Of a DNA stretch of 64,000 nt, positions 41,516 through 55,335 are shown one piece after another. The first letter of the stretch is position 1; each line of letters opens with the position of its first letter. The stretch comes from Eledone cirrhosa (lineage: Eukaryota). Below the pieces are notes generated by a model, which saw only the letters and a program-made list of their open reading frames with translations, searched no databases and was not told the origin of the DNA. Location of the stretch: positions 133,982,001 through 134,046,000 of the forward strand of contig OZ024745.1 of the NCBI GenBank assembly GCA_964016885.1. Direction: 5' to 3'. The translations under genes and the position numbers were made by a program.

Positions 41516-43673
41516 GTGTGATAATAACCTTCTCCTGCGTAAAACAAAAATAATATCTATTACAAACCGTATTCAATTTCTTGCATGCTTTATTAGCATT
41601 ATATCCTCACAATCTTCCATAATTCCAAGTACCATGACATTTAGGAGATTTATCAAAATATTATTTTATTCACCTATATTTTCACATCATTTAAAATTAT
41701 GGCCTGCTCCTTGTTGACAGGCTACTTCCATGTTTTAACTATCGTGTTGTCCAGCAATGTATGGTTAGAAAAAGCAAGTATTATTGCAAATCAAACATGG
41801 GCTACTTAAAAACTCGTCTCTCCTCAGTAAATAATAATTATATCTTTTTCTTGAGCAGAAAGCTACACATATGGGATGCGAAAACAACTAATTAAATCAA
41901 CCGTTGAAGTTGATAAATGTTATTGATCACAGGATGACGAAAGGCAAAGATGTAAATTACTGAGTTTGAAAAAATCTAACTAAATCCTGCAAGTCTATCG
42001 CTCCATCAATTCTACCGCTCCCCTGTAAATACGTATCAATCAGTCAGTCAATGATTGTTTTTGTAACATCTGATTCCTTTCAAAGTCGTTAAATATACTA
42101 GCGCCATCCTCAAATAAATCTAAACCGACTTTATAACACACTTTCCTTTTTAACACATAACTTTCTGTGGAGTCGTAGAGGCGCCGTAGTGTCATAGGAC
42201 GTTTAAATACTGTGTATTTCTTCCAGAGGAGGGGAGAGAGTGATAGGGAGAGGGAGTGAGAAAGAAGAACGAATAACACCACTACTTGACTGGTACCAGG
42301 AAAAGTTGACCTCGTTGGGATTTGAGGTCAGAGTGTAGATAGCCGTGATGAGAACCACACACAATTCTATCCCACGTTCTAACAACTGTCAATGCCTTTT
42401 CCAACATACATCCAACTACACTCTGCTTCCTTCCATTGTTTAATCTAAGAGAAATCCTTCGAATTAAGAATCGTTTTACTTCATCTATGTATTAATTCAA
42501 CCTGCTAGAAATAGTAGCCGAATTCCACCAACTTGCCGCCTATCTTTGTAATAAGAAGAATGTAGTCTTCAATATTAAAAAAGAACGATGTCGTGATGAT
42601 CATAGGTTTTCTCGACCTAAGTTGACATATGGCCAACAACAATAATTTAATGACCTTTAAATCCCGTACTAAATACTTCGTCTGACATTTTTTCCAGAAT
42701 CTTGGACCCCTCAAACTGTCAGTTATGTAACATTTTCCCCTACATATCCCCTTTCCAACGTCTGTTGACTTATGTTGAACATAATAAGAGACGTGTCACA
42801 TATCTCATTAATTATGGGTGCTGTGTAGTCTTGTAGAATATTATGTTCCTGATATGGGCTGAAAGGGAAAACAGCACTAACAAGATTCGTCCGGTATTCT
42901 CGAGAGACGTCAATATCATTAAATTAAATCAAACCTAATATAGTAATGTTAATTTGGCCAATAATAACGATTCTATTATTTCACCACCTACATTCACCTA
43001 GAATAATTAAATCAAGTTACTATATGCATTGACCCTGCCTGAGGCGGACTTGGAAAGCCAAAGATGCCGCACCTCCTCCTAGGAGTAAACCTAAAACATT
43101 TTTATGGACATTTATTAGAGTAGGAGATTAATTCTTGGAAATATGTGTCTGAATTTTTAGAAGTATCACATGAACTAGGCTAGAGTCATATCATGTTAAC
43201 TGGTCCTATACCGTCCATATAATTATTTCTACTTTAGACACAAGGCCAACAATTTTATGGAGAGAGGAGAGGAAACGTCGATTGAATCGACCCTGAAAGA
43301 ATAATAGGTAAAGTTGATATTTCGGTATTTTGTCCGACGTCCTAACAACCAATCCAGCGACCATCTTGTTCACTGCCACCAGATCACACTTATCCACCGG
43401 ATATTCTGAACAGATCACACTTATCCACCGGATATTCTCAACGACTCCTGGCTCTTAGAAATATTATTTATTTCCTAAATTATATATTTAGAAAAGAAAT
43501 TAAGTCAAATCTTTTATTTAATTTGTATTTTACTTTAGATTGACATATTATCGATATGAATTCAATCAATTCTAAGGCATAACCAATGTTACTACATATA
43601 AATAAATATATATACATATTTACACACACACATATATACAAACCTATATGTATATATATATATATATATATAC

Positions 43674-43724
<51 letters not shown>

Positions 43725-44164
43725 TGTGTGTGTGTGAGTGTGTATGTAAACGAATGTGTTTGTACGTGTATGTGTGTATATATGTAGACATTCACATCTA
43801 CATTCATAGACACATAAACATACATACGCAAATAGATATTTTCAGACAACAAAAACAAATAGCTCGATTTTCCTTCATTACTAAGAAACTGTAATATATG
43901 GTAATGTTCATAATACGTGCTTAGCTCCTTAAAAAACATATATTCATTTAATGGATGTCTGTTCTTAGTAATTATCCTTTGGAAAGTCTTGCTGCCTCCA
44001 CCAGTCGTAAATCAGGGAGATAGATACTATGATTATCATCAATTTATATCAATTTCTCTATAAAGAAAATAAGGTGTGCGTAAATGTGTATATATGGTGT
44101 ATATATGTATAAATATACATATACAAGAGTATGAGCATACATTTATATATGCATATATTTATAT

Positions 44165-44260
<96 letters not shown>

Positions 44261-44263
44261 ATA

Positions 44264-44325
<62 letters not shown>

Positions 44326-44363
44326 TATATATATATACACACATATATATACATATATATATT

Positions 44364-44468
<105 letters not shown>

Positions 44469-44510
44469 TATATTTTGTATATATATACATATATTTTAAT
44501 TAATAAATAA

Positions 44511-44570
<60 letters not shown>

Positions 44571-45264
44571 ATACAGAGATACACAGAGGGATAGATAGAT
44601 ATTTCAGTTCATATATTAGTATGTGAGAATGTGTAACAGTTCTTATACGTGTATGTATGTGTGTGTGTGTATGTATGTATATGTGTATGTATCTGTGTGT
44701 ATGTGTGTGAATGTATGTGTGTGTATGTATGTGTGTTTATGGTTGCCATCAGTCTAGTAAATCAAATTGTAAAACTTCAATAAATATAAGTGTCTGTCTG
44801 TGACTATCAAACAATTGACTGCTACGAGTCAATTATATAGAGGGGAAGAAAGGATAAAACCGGTAGCGGCGAATACATATGTTTCTTCCGACCTGTGTGT
44901 ATTTATATATATAGGATAACAAGTTATCGTTTTAGGTAATCCAGTTAGAGGTTGTGAGTACTCTGTACTGTGGATAGTTTTAACGTACGGCATTGTTTGA
45001 CTCAACAAGAGGTTTCCTTAGTTAGGTGGTGAGTTTACGAGAATTCCCATGCAGGTTATTCTTGGAGTAATGATAGTGAAAGAGTGAAAAATAACATGGT
45101 CGGCTGTACAAAAAGGGTTTTATTTATAGCATTAACAATTGCTTCATTGATCAGGTGAGTCTAAAGGTCGCTGATTACTCGAAGTTGCGTCACTTGACCT
45201 TAAATACAGTGTGTCTCTGATCCGATACTGCCAATTCCCCGAATGGTTCAAAATTATTTAGGTC

Positions 45265-45400
<136 letters not shown>

Positions 45401-45499
45401 CACACACACACCAATTGTTAACATATTAATAATTTGTAAAGGGAAACTATACAAGCGCGAAATTATAAAACTATATCAGGTGAAATGTTGTTCCTTTAA

Positions 45500-46135
45500 A
45501 TAGAAACCGAAAACTGGCGGATTAACGGAAGAAACCTAAATACGTTAAATTCAAACTTGAAACCATAAATTCCCGAATTAAGTGTAGAAATACTGGTGTG
45601 TCGGATTGAATGTTTAAACTATCGACCGCCGAACTAAATGCAGAGACTGTAGAATGCCCAGTTATAGCTAGAAACCACAAAGTGCATGATAAAATGTATA
45701 ACCAATAATATCTCGTTAAATTTGGTGTTAATGTAGAAGCCATTAGGCGTGGGATTAAATGTTGAAAGAGTTAAGTGCCGGGTTAACTGTAGAGTGTCAG
45801 ACTAAATGTAGAAAAAATAAAATGTCGGATTAATTGTAGAAATTTGAAAGTGCTGGACAGGTTGTAGAAACTGCAACATGCCAGACTAATTATAAAAATG
45901 TTGCGCTATTAAATGGAGCAACTGAAAACTGTCGGATTAAATGTTAAAATCATAAAGTGCCAGATTAGATGCAGAAACGCTTGAGGGCTGGATTAAAGGT
46001 AGAAAGAGAAAAGTGCTAGATTAAGAGTAGAAACGGTTATGTGACAAACTAAGAGAAGAAACAGGAGAATGCCGTGTTAAATCTAGAAAGCATTAAGTGC
46101 AGAAACAATAGAGTCTAAGGCTGAATGTAGAAATG
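45500..46135. repeat. Cryptic, highly diverged 28-bp tandem array (~TGTAGAAACnnnnAAGTGCCGGATTAA)
   Basis: AGAAA and GATTA recur at 28-bp spacing, clearest at 45970-46090. Confidence 0.7.
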
Positions 46136-46137
46136 GT

Positions 46138-46888
46138 TAGACCCCCGCTTCTGTCAGATATAGACTCCGCCTCTGTCAGATATAGACCCCGCCTCTGTCA
46201 GATGTAGACCCCGCCTCTGTCAGATATAGACCCCGCTTCTGACAGATGTAGACCCCGCCTCTGTCAGATGTAGACCTCGCCTCTGTCAGATATAGACCCC
46301 GCCTCTGACAGATGTAGACCCCGCCTCTGTCTGATGTAGACAGACCCCGCCCCTGTCAGATGTAGACCTCGCCTCTGTCTGATGTAGACACACCCCGCCT
46401 CTGACAGATGTAGACCCCGCCTCTGACAGATGTAGACCCCGCCTCTGACAGATGTAGACTCCGCCTCTGTCAGATGTAGACACACCCCGCCCCTGTCAGA
46501 TGTAGACACACCCCGCCCCTGTCAGATGTAGAAAGACCCCGCCCCTGTCAGATGTAGACCCCGCTTCTGTCAGATGTAGACACACCCCGCCCCTGTCAGA
46601 TGTAGACACACCCCGCCCCTGTCAGATGTAGAAAGACCCCGCCCCTGTCAGATGTAGACCCCGCCTCTGTCAGATGTAGACACACCCCGCCCCTGTCAGA
46701 TGTAGACACACCCCGCCCCTGTCAGATGTAGAAAGACCCCGCCCCTGTCAGATGTAGACCCCGCCTCTGTCAGATGTAGACACACCCCGCCCCTGTCAGA
46801 TGTAGACACACCCCGCCCCTGTCAGATGTAGACCCCGCCTCTGTCAGATGTAGACACACCCCACCCCTGTCAGCTGTAGACCCTGCCT
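46138..46888. repeat. GC-rich 22/26-bp minisatellite (GTCAGATGTAGA[CACA]CCCCGCCYCT)
   Basis: Read directly, ~30 units. Confidence 0.93.
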
Positions 46889-47010
46889 ACCTTTTGTCTT
46901 TATGTCTGTGTTGATGTTTAAACCTGTCTAAAACGTTTTATTGATATTGAGTTCCTTTATGTCTGGTAGAATGAAGTAAGTACAGTGATCGATATGATCA
47001 GTGATCGATA

Positions 47011-47885
47011 GATGTCCCTCCTCCTTCTCCCCCTGTTGACGTCAAGTCCTCCCAAAGCACTTGGGATGCCATCCAGTGCAGCCTGGCCTCAGACAGGCTC
47101 ACGCGCCAGCTCGACCAGCACCACCTTGCTTGTTTTCGTGCGGCCTCCAAATCCCAGTGGTGCCTAGCTCAATGCTCTGCCCTCCTTCTCCACTGGCACG
47201 CAGCTAGACAACCATAGCCTGCGAATCGGTGTTTCCCTGAGGCTCGGCCTCCGGATCTGCCAGCCACACCAATGTCGCTGCGGTTCCACAGTGGACTCTT
47301 TCGGCCTCCACCCGGTTTCCTGTCGCCACACTGCCGGCCGCATTCCACGCCATACTACCCTCAACGAGGTCATTAAGCATGGATTGGACGCTGCAGGCTT
47401 CCCTTCCCAGCTCGAGCCGGTGGGGCTGGATCGAGGAGACGGCAAAAGGCCAGATGGCATGACTATCTTCCCGTTCCGCGGTGGCAAACCCCTCGTCTGG
47501 GATGCCACTTGCACCGACACTTTCTGCAGCCGCAACCTGGTGCAGTCTGCGACTGACCCAGATTCTGCTGCACGTCGGGCTGAGGGGGCCAAACTCCTCA
47601 AATACCGGTCGATCTCCGACAGGTTTGCTGTCGTTCCCCTGGCAGTGGAAACTTCTGGTGTCCTCGGCCCCAGGGCTACCTCCTTACTCACTGACATAGG
47701 CGCTGAGCTGGCCAGCCGCAGGTGTGAGCCCCGCGAGTTGGAGTGGCTTTTCCAGCGCGTTTCCCTTGCCGTCCTCCGGGGAAACGCCTTCTCCATTCTG
47801 TCCGCGGGGGCTGTGGGTGGGCCCCATCGCGTACTAATACATTAGTTAAATACCATTCTTTCATCTCATACAACACAATAAAGTA
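47011..47885 (+). mobile_element. CRE-like non-LTR retrotransposon, 5'-truncated (Zn knuckle + PD-(D/E)xK restriction-like endonuclease)
   Basis: SQSTWD..AAS/GA*LNALP..LRLGL..CRCG..DSFGLHPVSC..RHTTLN..LEP..DGKRPDG..LVWDATC..KLLKY..PLAVETSG..FQRVSLAVLRGNA; GC-rich island. Confidence 0.88.
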
Positions 47886-49135
47886 CTTTTATCCTTAATA
47901 CATTAAATAACAATGTGTGTGTGTATATGTATGTGTGTGTGTGTATATGTGTGTGTGTGCGTGTGTGTGTGAACCGTTTGCGTGAATTACGTCGTTGAGA
48001 CTCGTTTCTAATCATATTCCTGGCGTCTGGAATTTACTCAATATAATTACCATATACATACCATCAATTCAACACGGACACTGACACATACTCTCTCTCT
48101 CTCTCTATCTATCTATATATCTATCTATCTATCTATCTCGGTCCACCCACCCACCCCCACACTCATTCATTATATATATGTATTATATATATATATATAT
48201 AGGAACGAGTAGGACCCCGACGGCTGAGCTCAAGCCGTTTCGACGGCTAATTCTGGACTATATATATATATAATACATATAAATATTCACTATGTTTTAT
48301 GAGAAGGGAAAGAGTTTTAAACTAAATGCGTTTTTTATTACAATTTCTCATCATTAAGTGTTGTAGTTTTATATTGTGTCCGTATGTGTGTGAGCACATG
48401 TGTGTGTATCTGTGTACGTCTATATGTGTGTGTGTGTGTGTGTGTGTCCTTTTGTGTCCATGTGTGTGTGTGTGTGTGTGTGTGTGTTTGTGTGTGTATT
48501 TGTGTGTATGTCGTGACATAAACAGAATTATGAAAAACAGTAGTCATAGCATCACTGTGCAGTCATTTAGGTGATTTAAATGTGAACTGCTACTAACAAT
48601 AAGTCATATTAGTAGTTAGGTCTATTGTACTAATAGTTTAATTTATTGTGATAGAGAGATATAGAGTGAGACAGAAAGAGAAGCACGAACAGATAGGATG
48701 TATAAAATGGTGAGGTGGAATGTTACAGACAAATCATAAATCGGTTTTGAAATGATTTCGCGACTATCTGTCACATTTTCTGACGTTATGGCCGTCGGGT
48801 GCTTTTTACCGGAAGCAGCAGATATGACAGGAACTCCAACCAAGTGGAAATCCTCAGAGACAGCTAGTTGTAAATGTTTTCAACATTTCAAACTGTATTT
48901 GACATGAAAAAGCTCGGATTAATTCTGACGATAATCCGAATAAATGGTAACATCTTGAAAGGCACACATGATTTCAATTTGTTTTATCTGTGTGTACATT
49001 TATATTAGTTGATGTTTCTTACTTATTCAACTATGTATTTATGTATCTACAATTCAATTGAAGTTTTTCTACGTCTGTCTCTACACATATACATATACAC
49101 CCATTCATCCATATAATTATATGTGTGAGTGTGTG

Positions 49136-49211
<76 letters not shown>

Positions 49212-49216
<5 letters not shown>

Positions 49217-49826
49217 ACTGGAAGGTAATATCCGTAGTGGTAGAGCACTCAGTCCATGGGACGAGTTTGATAGAAGTAGTTCCACAACAGTTGTTGTGTT
49301 ACTACTTCTATATATATATATATAACAAAGAAGGTGTGGTAAGATACCAGGTGGACCATAACGCACCAGAGTACTCGATACGTAGGGTAGTAGAGTGGGT
49401 TATAGGAAAAGAGTCAGGACCCCGACGGCTGCCCCAGCATGGCCTCAGCCGGATGGCTGGAACAGGTAAAAGAGTAAAAGAGTATATATATACACACACA
49501 CACATAAAAATATATATAAACGTATATATATTAGAAAAGGGAAGTAAGGTTCTATACAAAACAGTGAATATAGAGTAAAGGTGAAGTTGGAAATAGCATG
49601 GAAAATATATTTAAGGGTCTGTTTTTCTTTTTTTTTATCCTTTCTTTGATTCGTTAAAGTGACATAATTGAAAAGATGACATTATTGAAAAAATGAGGGG
49701 GACAATTCTTTTTAAAAATGTTTTATAATATATATATATAATAGTAGAACACTGGAAGGTAATATCCGTAGTGGTAGAGCACTCAGTCCATGGGACGAGT
49801 TTGGTAGAAGTAGTTCCACAACAGTT
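49212..49826 (+). repeat. ~80-bp near-identical direct repeat (49212-49292 and 49746-49826)
   Basis: AGAACACTGGAAGGTAATATCCGTAGTGG..TTCCACAACAGTT, 1 mismatch seen. Confidence 0.85.
49431..49484 (+). mobile_element. 3' end of a third short retroposon (inverse copy at 62571-62630)
   Basis: GCCCCAGCATGGCCTCAGCCGGATGGCTGRAACAGG(TAAAAGAG)2 in both places. Confidence 0.65.
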
Positions 49827-49836
49827 AGTTCACCAT

Positions 49837-49879
49837 ACCGAGAACAATTGTTTCACCTTATTCGGATCATCAGCCCGGT
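49837..49879 (-). ncRNA. Minimal type I hammerhead ribozyme
   Basis: Minus strand ACCGGG-CTGATGA-TCC GAATAA GGT-GAAA-CAATTG-TT|CTCGGT; 6-bp stem I, palindromic stem III. Confidence 0.8.
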
Positions 49880-50118
49880 CTAAATGAAGTTGTACGGAAA
49901 AGGAAAAACAACTGTACCAATACACATGTGCAAAAAGAGTCACTTTTCCTGGAGGAGGTAAACCCACAATAGATCGATGTAAGGGATATATAATATATAT
50001 ATAAGGGTTATATATGTGTGTGTGTGTGTGTGGAAAAGGTAAACAGAAATAACAACACAATCGGTACAGTATATGGAAGAAATATATTAGGTTAACGCTT
50101 GAAATAGCAGGAAGAGGG

Positions 50119-50154
50119 TCTTAACGTTTCGGACGCTAGTCCTTCATCGGAAAA
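50119..50154 (-). ncRNA. Hammerhead variant (CCGATGA core)
   Basis: Minus strand TTTT-CCGATGA-A GGAC TAGC GTCC-GAAA-CG-TT|AAGA. Confidence 0.55.
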
Positions 50155-50285
50155 AAGAATAAGAAATGAGAAAGATTGAGGTGACGGGCGGGGTGGAATT
50201 GGAAAAAATGTTTTTAGAAAATGTTTGATATTGGCGTTTTGTGTATGATATATTTTTTTAGAAAAGTGGATGATGGAGTGCGTCT

Positions 50286-50409
<124 letters not shown>

Positions 50410-50453
50410 AAGTTAAATAAAAGTCAAATGATTAAAATTTAGCTTCGTTTATT

Positions 50454-50508
50454 ACTGCTATATATATTTCAGTGACAGCCATCTTTGGCTGTGACCTCTT
50501 CAGGCAGT
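50454..50508 (-). ncRNA. Minimal type I hammerhead ribozyme (left arm of palindrome)
   Basis: Reverse complement of 50739-50793. Confidence 0.9.
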
Positions 50509-50738
50509 TTGAATTAGTATGGTATAGACAAGTACATATGTTGTTTAGGTGTATGATATTGTCAATACTCTGATATGCCCAGTTCCTTGTTGGGTTGTTA
50601 ATTCACTGGGGAACTGGAGTCATATGACTCCAGTTCCCCAGTGAATTAACAACCCAACAAGGAACTGGGCATATCAGAGTATTGACAATATCATACACCT
50701 AAACAACATATGTACTTGTCTATACCATACTAATTCAA

Positions 50739-50793
50739 ACTGCCTGAAGAGGTCACAGCCAAAGATGGCTGTCACTGAAATATATATAGCAGT
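50739..50793 (+). ncRNA. Minimal type I hammerhead ribozyme (C-C mismatch class, right arm)
   Basis: ACTGC-CTGAAGA-GGTC ACAGCC AAAGAT GGCTGT CACT-GAAA-TATATA-TA|GCAGT. Confidence 0.9.
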
Positions 50794-51338
50794 AATAAAC
50801 GAAGCTAAATTTTAATCATTTGACTTTTATTTAACTTTATTTTACACTACTCCGGAGTAACCAAACCAACCTGCGCACTTCGTCGAGTGCTCCAGCCTGC
50901 ATACTGAGGTGTTGGTATACAACCAACATAAACTCAAAATATATATATATATATATATATATCAAAAGTATATATTGAGTTAAAAACTCACAATAGTCCC
51001 TTATAATTAAAATAACTCAAGGAAAATATTTTCCGAGCCTTATAATATAATAAAGAGAGGCAACCACAGGTATAAACATATATGCGTTCAAATCATAAAG
51101 GACGTAAACCGCCAGGTGAAGAAAATAATAACTAAGGATAATACGGTTTGCTAGACTCAATTAAAAGGATAAAAGATTTACAAACCGAATTATAACTATC
51201 AACATCCAGACAGCTTTGGGTAAAACTGTTTCACAATTAAGTGGAGAGTATATATCTGTCTTTGTCTCTCTTTATTATTATTATTATATATAAGGGTAGA
51301 AATGTATATATACACACACACACAGACACACACACACT

Positions 51339-51396
<58 letters not shown>

Positions 51397-52190
51397 TGTG
51401 TGTGTTTGTGTGTTTATGTGTATATATATATATATATGTATAGATGTGTGTGTGTGTGTATATGTATATGTGATGGTATGTATATATGTATTTGTGTGAG
51501 TATATATATGAATGTGTGTGTCGGTGTTATATATATATATATGTGTGTGTGTCTGTTCCTATTTCTATGTGAGAGTTATTTTTGTATGTGTGTGCCTATC
51601 TTTCTCTGTTTTCTATTTTTTATTTTTTGTTTTCAATAGATCTTGTATGTTTGTATTTATATGTGTCTATGTATGTATATATGTGGGTGTATTTGTGTGC
51701 GTGTGTGTATGTGTGTATATTTACAGATGTGTGCATGTGAATGTATATATATATATATATGTGAGTTAGATACGGATTTATGTCTTTTTTGTTTATGTAT
51801 GTGTATATATATATATATATATATACAAGTGGAAGGTTAGTAAAATCGAAGTTATGGCGGTGGCCAAGCTAACCAGATACAATTAGGTTTACACAAAAGC
51901 ACTCAATACGGATGTATCGATGAATCAATAGGCTATACTTTAGAGTAATTAACATACGTTAGATAGCGTGACAAACTGAAAACTACGGCAGGCGGGCCTA
52001 GCTACATAATTCACCAAAACAACGAAAATATAATCAGGTTAGATAACGTATGGAAGGGCATTGTGCAATAACTCCGATAGGTTTCTATGAATCCAAAATC
52101 GACAATCCTAAATTTTATTCGTCGAAACACTGATTCTCCGTTTCTTATGTGATAATCTTGCAAAACAAATTCAAAAACGAATTTATATAT

Positions 52191-52720
52191 AACGAACATG
52201 CCAGACTACAACACAACGGTAACATAGACAACATAGAAGTTAGAATAATATCTAAACATAGAAATGACCCAGCAGATAGGCAAATCAGAGAGGCCAGCGA
52301 AATAGAACTTAGAAGGCCAAGGCTAAACAGAAAAAAGGAATGGAATAACAACAACACCCAAACAAACAACACTGACCTAAGATAAATAAATAAATAAATA
52401 AATAAATACACAAGCACAATAACAACAAACACATATAAACACACACTAGTAAACTAAGATAGAATACATTAACCAATACACAGTCACCCAAACAAGAACA
52501 CACATCAAACAAAACACTATACACACACAAACGCATGCGGAGAGAAGACAAAAAAATAAACAAATAAATAAATAAATAAACAGACTAAATAAAGATGGCG
52601 TAGGCATACAATGCAACGGGAGGAAACTTAATAGCACCACTGACGATGTTGCAGATGTGCAACGAAAGAACTTTGATAGACTATATATATGTGTTTGTGT
52701 CTATATTGTATCTGTATTTT
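52191..52720 (+). mobile_element. Penelope-like element 3' relic (GIY-YIG C-terminus, UTR, hammerhead)
   Basis: EHARLQHNG..IEVRIISKH..DRQIREASEIELRRPRLNRKKEW fits the RxIxEAxxI..PxLN end of PLE endonuclease. Confidence 0.7.
52636..52677 (+). ncRNA. Minimal hammerhead ribozyme
   Basis: ACCA-CTGACGA-T GTTGCA GATG TGCAAC-GAAA-GAAC-TT|TGAT. Confidence 0.7.
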
Positions 52721-52981
52721 TGACCGTTGGTCAGTAAATGGTAACATTGAGGACCGAATAAATTAAATTAACCGATATAAAAGACACAGAAGCGAAAACC
52801 AACCAAACAGTGGGTATGTTCTGTTATTAATTCTGGCAATATTATTACACAAATATGACCCTCCCCAAGTATAACAATATTTGTTTCGACACGATTTCAT
52901 ATCAAAAACCTCGCAAAACTAATTTATATATATATATGAAACAAGAACAAAGAGCGCTTACATCATCAATTAATCTTTATT

Positions 52982-53028
52982 TGTTGACAGTGTTTCGTCC
53001 TTGCAGAATTGCAGGACTCATCAGAGCG
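52982..53028 (-). ncRNA. Hammerhead with canonical core, eroded stem I
   Basis: Minus strand CGCT-CTGATGA-GTCC TGCA ATTC TGCA(A) GGAC-GAAA-CACTG-TC|AACA. Confidence 0.75.
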
Positions 53029-53544
53029 TTATAAAGAGGAATTAGATCAATAGTATAAACTCTACCGACCTATATCACAAGAACGATCCATATTTAGCAC
53101 AGAGGACTAAGAAGAGTGGGGTGCTTGGAAAACAAATTCAAAAACGAATTAATATATATATATATATTAATTCGTTTTTGAATTTGTTTTGCAAGATTTC
53201 TTATCTGAAAAAGTGTGTTGAAACAGATATTGTTATACTTGGGAGGGCCATGCTGCTAGTAAAAACACACGCACCTGTTGGTTTTCACGTCAATTTATTA
53301 TAAGTTTCCGCTTTGTTGGTTGGTTCGATAATCGGAAGATTGTTTATATATTGTCAAAGCTCTTTTGTCACAAATTCTGTGACCTCCTCAGTGACTAGGT
53401 TTTAATTTTGTCTGTCCCTCCTTTGTTCTGTCCTACACCATCTTGTTTTTGTGTGTTGTGTGTTGCGTGTTGTGTGTTTAGTTTGCGCATGCGTTACGTC
53501 CGTGTGTGTGTGTTTATTTATTTATATATATATATAAGTATATA

Positions 53545-53602
<58 letters not shown>

Positions 53603-54089
53603 TGTATATATATGTATATATATATATGTATATACATATATACATGTGTATATATACTGGCAGTCACTCATATGCACAAATATTCTCTCTCACATCAACA
53701 GCTAGATTTAAGAGACAATCTCTAACAACAACCTCAGGCGATTTCAAAACAATACAACTTAGTTTTGATTTTCTCTCCACTATTTTCTGGAACAAACGAA
53801 GGAAGCAAATTATAAAATATGAATAAAAAAGAGATTAACTAAACAAATGATTTTCAAACAAAATGTTTGAAAATGTTAATTTACTCTGTTTAACTGACTT
53901 CTACTGAGATTGCTATCTCACTTTGTTAGATTATTTATAAACAACAGCAACTACTACTACTACTACTTCTACTACTACTATTACTGTTGCTGCTGCTGCT
54001 GCTGCTGCTACTACTACTACTACTACTACTGCTGATACTACTACTACTAATGCCACTGCTACTGCTGCTTCTACTACTACTACTACTAA

Positions 54090-54120
<31 letters not shown>

Positions 54121-55335
54121 CCTAGACAAAAGACAACGAAAATTGTAATTAATTTGAAATTATTTAATGTCTGAAAGTTAGGAATGGAAGTGACATATAA
54201 ACAGCAACAGACAATGATGCAATATAAGAATTATAAGAAAAACCACTTTTCCTCCATTTTTGTTTTCAATTATTGTTGGTGGAACAATGAGTGGACATTG
54301 CTGAGTAAACTCTCATCATATGGTGTCATGTCAAATCGTAAATACTCATCATCATTGATGTTAACCTCAGACCAGCTCAAATCAACTACCCCTATAACCA
54401 AAGGCCTTCTAAACGTGACCATCTTGTCTCTTTTTAGACATAGCGTATTCAAGTCTATAGTATTCAACATCCTTACTTTTATAAGTTGTTAAGATGTATT
54501 TTGAGGGAGATTTGGCTGCTATTTGTTGCAGGCCAAGCAAATTCTTAGGGGCCGTTTTGTTGGTTCCTCGACGTTGTCGTGTAATCCTTCGTATTTACAC
54601 AAAATATAAAATAGCCAATATCTAACGTGACATTGCTCCAAGTACTGGTGTTTATTAAGTGGTTTGTTTAGCTAAGGTTTCATATTTTAAGCGTATGGGA
54701 TCTATCTCTAATCTGTTAATCTAGATAGAAGTTTAGTATATACTGTTGACATTTCAAGACTGATAGACGTCTAAACACGTTCTTTCAAAGGTGCCTGCGT
54801 GAGATTCTCGTCAACTGGTGAGATCAGGTTAGGATCGAAGAGACCCTGGGGTGAGCAGGGTCGTGTACACTTCAGGAGATTTTCACAGAGTGTCGGTTTC
54901 GTTTTGCGGGTCACATTATGCGCCTCCCAGAACACCGCCTGTTCAAAACATGACGTGAACTCCCCGCGAAGGTCGACCGAAGATGACGCCGGACATTCCA
55001 AGGCGATCTAAAAACCGTCAACGTCACCTGGCACTCAACGAGCTGCCACTGACTGACAGTGTTTGAGACGATTGACTTATGTTTCTCGCGGAACAAGCCG
55101 GACTAACACACGGAACAAGCCGGACTAACACCTAACAATTGACGTCTCACCGCTACCATGACAACCAATGTCATTTTTCCAATTCAAGAAAGCTTTTATA
55201 TAAGGTAGTTAATTTAGGTGGATAAACAATTTAATTGTAAAATTACACACATATGTACACCAGGTCCGAACACAGAGGGACCAAACTCCCATTGTCATCG
55301 CCTCCGTCCCCATCTCTCACTATTATGAGCAAATA

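Noticed and set aside
45500-46135. 28-periodicity as a C2H2 zinc-finger array
   Set aside because: The period is 28 nucleotides, not 28 codons; no ORF and no Cys/His pattern
54970-55025. CCGAAGA-TGACGCC..GGCG HHR-like stretch
   Set aside because: GAAA core replaced by TAAAA and stem I unconvincing
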